This document shows, piece by piece, positions 62,250 through 64,000 of a DNA stretch of 64,000 nt (its first letter is position 1; every line of letters begins with the position of its first letter). The notes beneath the pieces are model-generated. The model was not told where the DNA came from, made no database searches, and worked only from the letters and a program-made list of their open reading frames with translations. Source of the DNA: Octopus sinensis (lineage: Eukaryota); assembly GCF_006345805.1 (NCBI RefSeq), contig NC_043007.1, forward strand, positions 17,422,001 through 17,486,000. The letters are read 5' to 3'. The position numbers and the translations under genes were made by a program.

Positions 62250-62684
62250 GATTTGACGATATTTGTCCTCATCTTGATTCAGCTGATATACCCTCCAGCC
62301 TTCATCAGGTGTCTTGGGGAAATTTCGAACCTGGGTTCTCATTCCTAAGGTATTTTTCGATGTTATTATTATTATTATTCAGGTCACTGCCTGGAATCAA
62401 ACTCGGAATCTTGGGGTTAGTAGCCTGCGCTCTTAACCACTACACCATATGGCATATGGCATAGTGGTTAAGAGTGCGGGTTACTAACCCCAAGATTCCA
62501 AGTTCGATTCCAGGCAGTAACCTGAATAATAATAATAACAATAATAATATAATATAAAAAAATACCTTAGGAATGAGAGCCCAGATTCGAAATTTCCCCA
62601 AGACACCTGATGAAGGCTGGAGGGTATATCAGCTGAAACATTGTGTTAACAACAAACAAGATAAGGACAAATATCCGTCAAATC
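62250..62684. mobile_element. Head-to-head palindrome of a tRNA-headed short element carrying a hammerhead motif (family H1)
   Basis: Arms 62250-62451 and 62453-62684 with a 1-nt spacer; A box TGGCATAGTGG, B box AGTTCGATTCC, (AAT)n linker. Confidence 0.85.
62602..62647 (+). ncRNA. Minimal type-I hammerhead ribozyme motif
   Basis: GACAC CTGATGA a GGCTG-gagggtatat-CAGCT GAAA ca T T GTGTT: canonical core; stem I GACAC/GTGTT; 5-bp stem II. Confidence 0.68.
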
Positions 62685-63107
62685 TAAATAATATAACTAA
62701 TTTATTGCATCTAAATATAAACAAAAAACTCTTACAAGGACCCCCAAAAATCGTGTTGACTCTGGTTGAGAACCACTGACCTAAGCCAAAAATGTAATAC
62801 TTCCAATTTTTTTCAGCATTTTTCAGTTCTTTTCAAAACTTTTCATGGTTTATTCACCCCCCCCCCCCAAAAAAAAAAGAAAATTTCATTCTTTTCTATC
62901 TGTTAGTCCCATTCGGTTTCTTACTGCTCCACCCCTGACCTCCATTTCAGATTTTTGGGGATTTTAATTTTCTTCAAATTCTTTTCTGTATTTACAGTTT
63001 TTTTTTTGCCATTTCTTTTCTTTTGCTTTTTTTTTTTTTTGTCATTGGAGTGTCCACTTCAGTCCTTTTAATGTCTCACATATCCAATCTTATAATAGTC
63101 CTTTCTA

Positions 63108-63302
63108 ATATAGGCACAAGGCCTGAAATTTGGGGAAAGTCAATTACATCAGCCCCCAGTGTGTAACTGGTACTTATTTCATTGACTCCTAAATGATAAA
63201 AGGCAAAGTCAATCTTGACACAATTTGAACTCAGAACATAAAGACAGATGAAATGCCACTAATCATTTTGGTTGTCATGCTAACGATTCTGCCAGCTAAC
63301 CA
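63108..63302 (-). mobile_element. Older SINE B relative with the alternative tail; similar degraded copies at about 52500-52700 and 60605-60800
   Basis: Degenerate head and B box, AAGTACCAGTT body, tail CCCCAAATTTCAGGCCTTGTGCCTATA. Confidence 0.7.
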
Positions 63303-63892
63303 CTTTATCCACTCTTATAAATTTTGATTTCGAATTTTGGCACACGGCCATCAAATTCAGGAGATGGGGTAAGCTATGTGTAAAATGACAGTGAAAAGAA
63401 AATCAAGTCTAGTGAGAGAGAAAGAAAGGAAAACAGATGGAGAATGTGGATTAAGTGGAGTGAGATTAAATTAAATTAAATGTGTAAGAATGAGGAAAGC
63501 AGAAAGTTAGGAGAGTGAAAGTGAGAAGCGGATTTAAATAATTGGGAGAGGAAGAAGAGTATGACTATTCTCTATCTGTTTTTGAAGTGTACATGAGTAA
63601 ATAAAATGATGACATGATCAATTGGAAATAATTCTGTTCCGGTATTCCTTTGGATAGTTCTTCAAAGTGGATTAGTTCGTGCAACCAACTCATTCTTTTT
63701 GAAGTATGAGTGTTTAAAAAAGACATTTTAAAAATAATCTAATAATGAAGAGTACTTAACAAATTATCAGTTCTATAGACCATTATTTTTCTTCTGTGTG
63801 TGCGTGTGTGTGTGCATGTGTGTATTGTGTATAAATATATATGTGGGTGAAAGAGAAGTTGCAGAGCTGAATTTTAAAAAATATATAGCAAG

Positions 63893-64000
63893 CGTCGCCT
63901 TACTGGCACTTGTGCCGGTGACACGTGAACAAAACATTCGAGCAAGGTCGTTGTTGCCAGTGCCGCTGGACTGACTGCTGTGCTGGTGGCATGTAAAAAA
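63893..64000 (+). mobile_element. SINE C subrepeats, truncated by the window edge
   Basis: Matches 38285-38395. Confidence 0.75.

Larger units (their letters stand above)
62089..62778. mobile_element. hAT-type MITE (same family as 23217-23486) hosting the palindromic insertion
   Basis: TAGTATTTCTCAACCATTT...CTATGGACCCC at left; GGTTGAGAACCACTG at right. Confidence 0.6.

Noticed and set aside
62453-62520. Functional tRNA gene (also the heads of SINEs A, B, D and E)
   Set aside because: No proper acceptor stem, and each continues into a repeat body; tRNA-derived heads only.

Overview
AT-rich, repeat-saturated animal DNA. The SINE and microsatellite repertoire suggests an octopus (coleoid cephalopod) genome; this is inference, not a database match. 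Only one convincing host coding exon is present (15308-15895, +, unidentified protein, probably the first coding exon of a gene with very long introns), plus one or two weak candidate exons. The rest is tRNA-derived SINEs (working labels A-E, my own), 5'-truncated RTE and CR1 LINEs, a decayed L1/Tx1-like ORF1, mariner and DD37D remnants, non-autonomous Helitrons, MITEs and microsatellites. Most ORFs in the track are artefacts of these repeats. Two signals stand out. (1) Five unrelated short repeat families carry minimal type-I hammerhead-ribozyme-like folds with variant cores (C3-G8, U3-A8 and G3-C8 covariation; palindromic stem III). Several lie in fold-back arrangements or (TA)n tracts, as expected for Penelope-like element termini, and one is a head-to-head palindrome of a tRNA-headed element. 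(2) SINE B inserts as head-plus-concatemer units with a fixed junction inside a single target-site duplication. All folds and alignments were done by eye; coordinates of degraded repeats are approximate.
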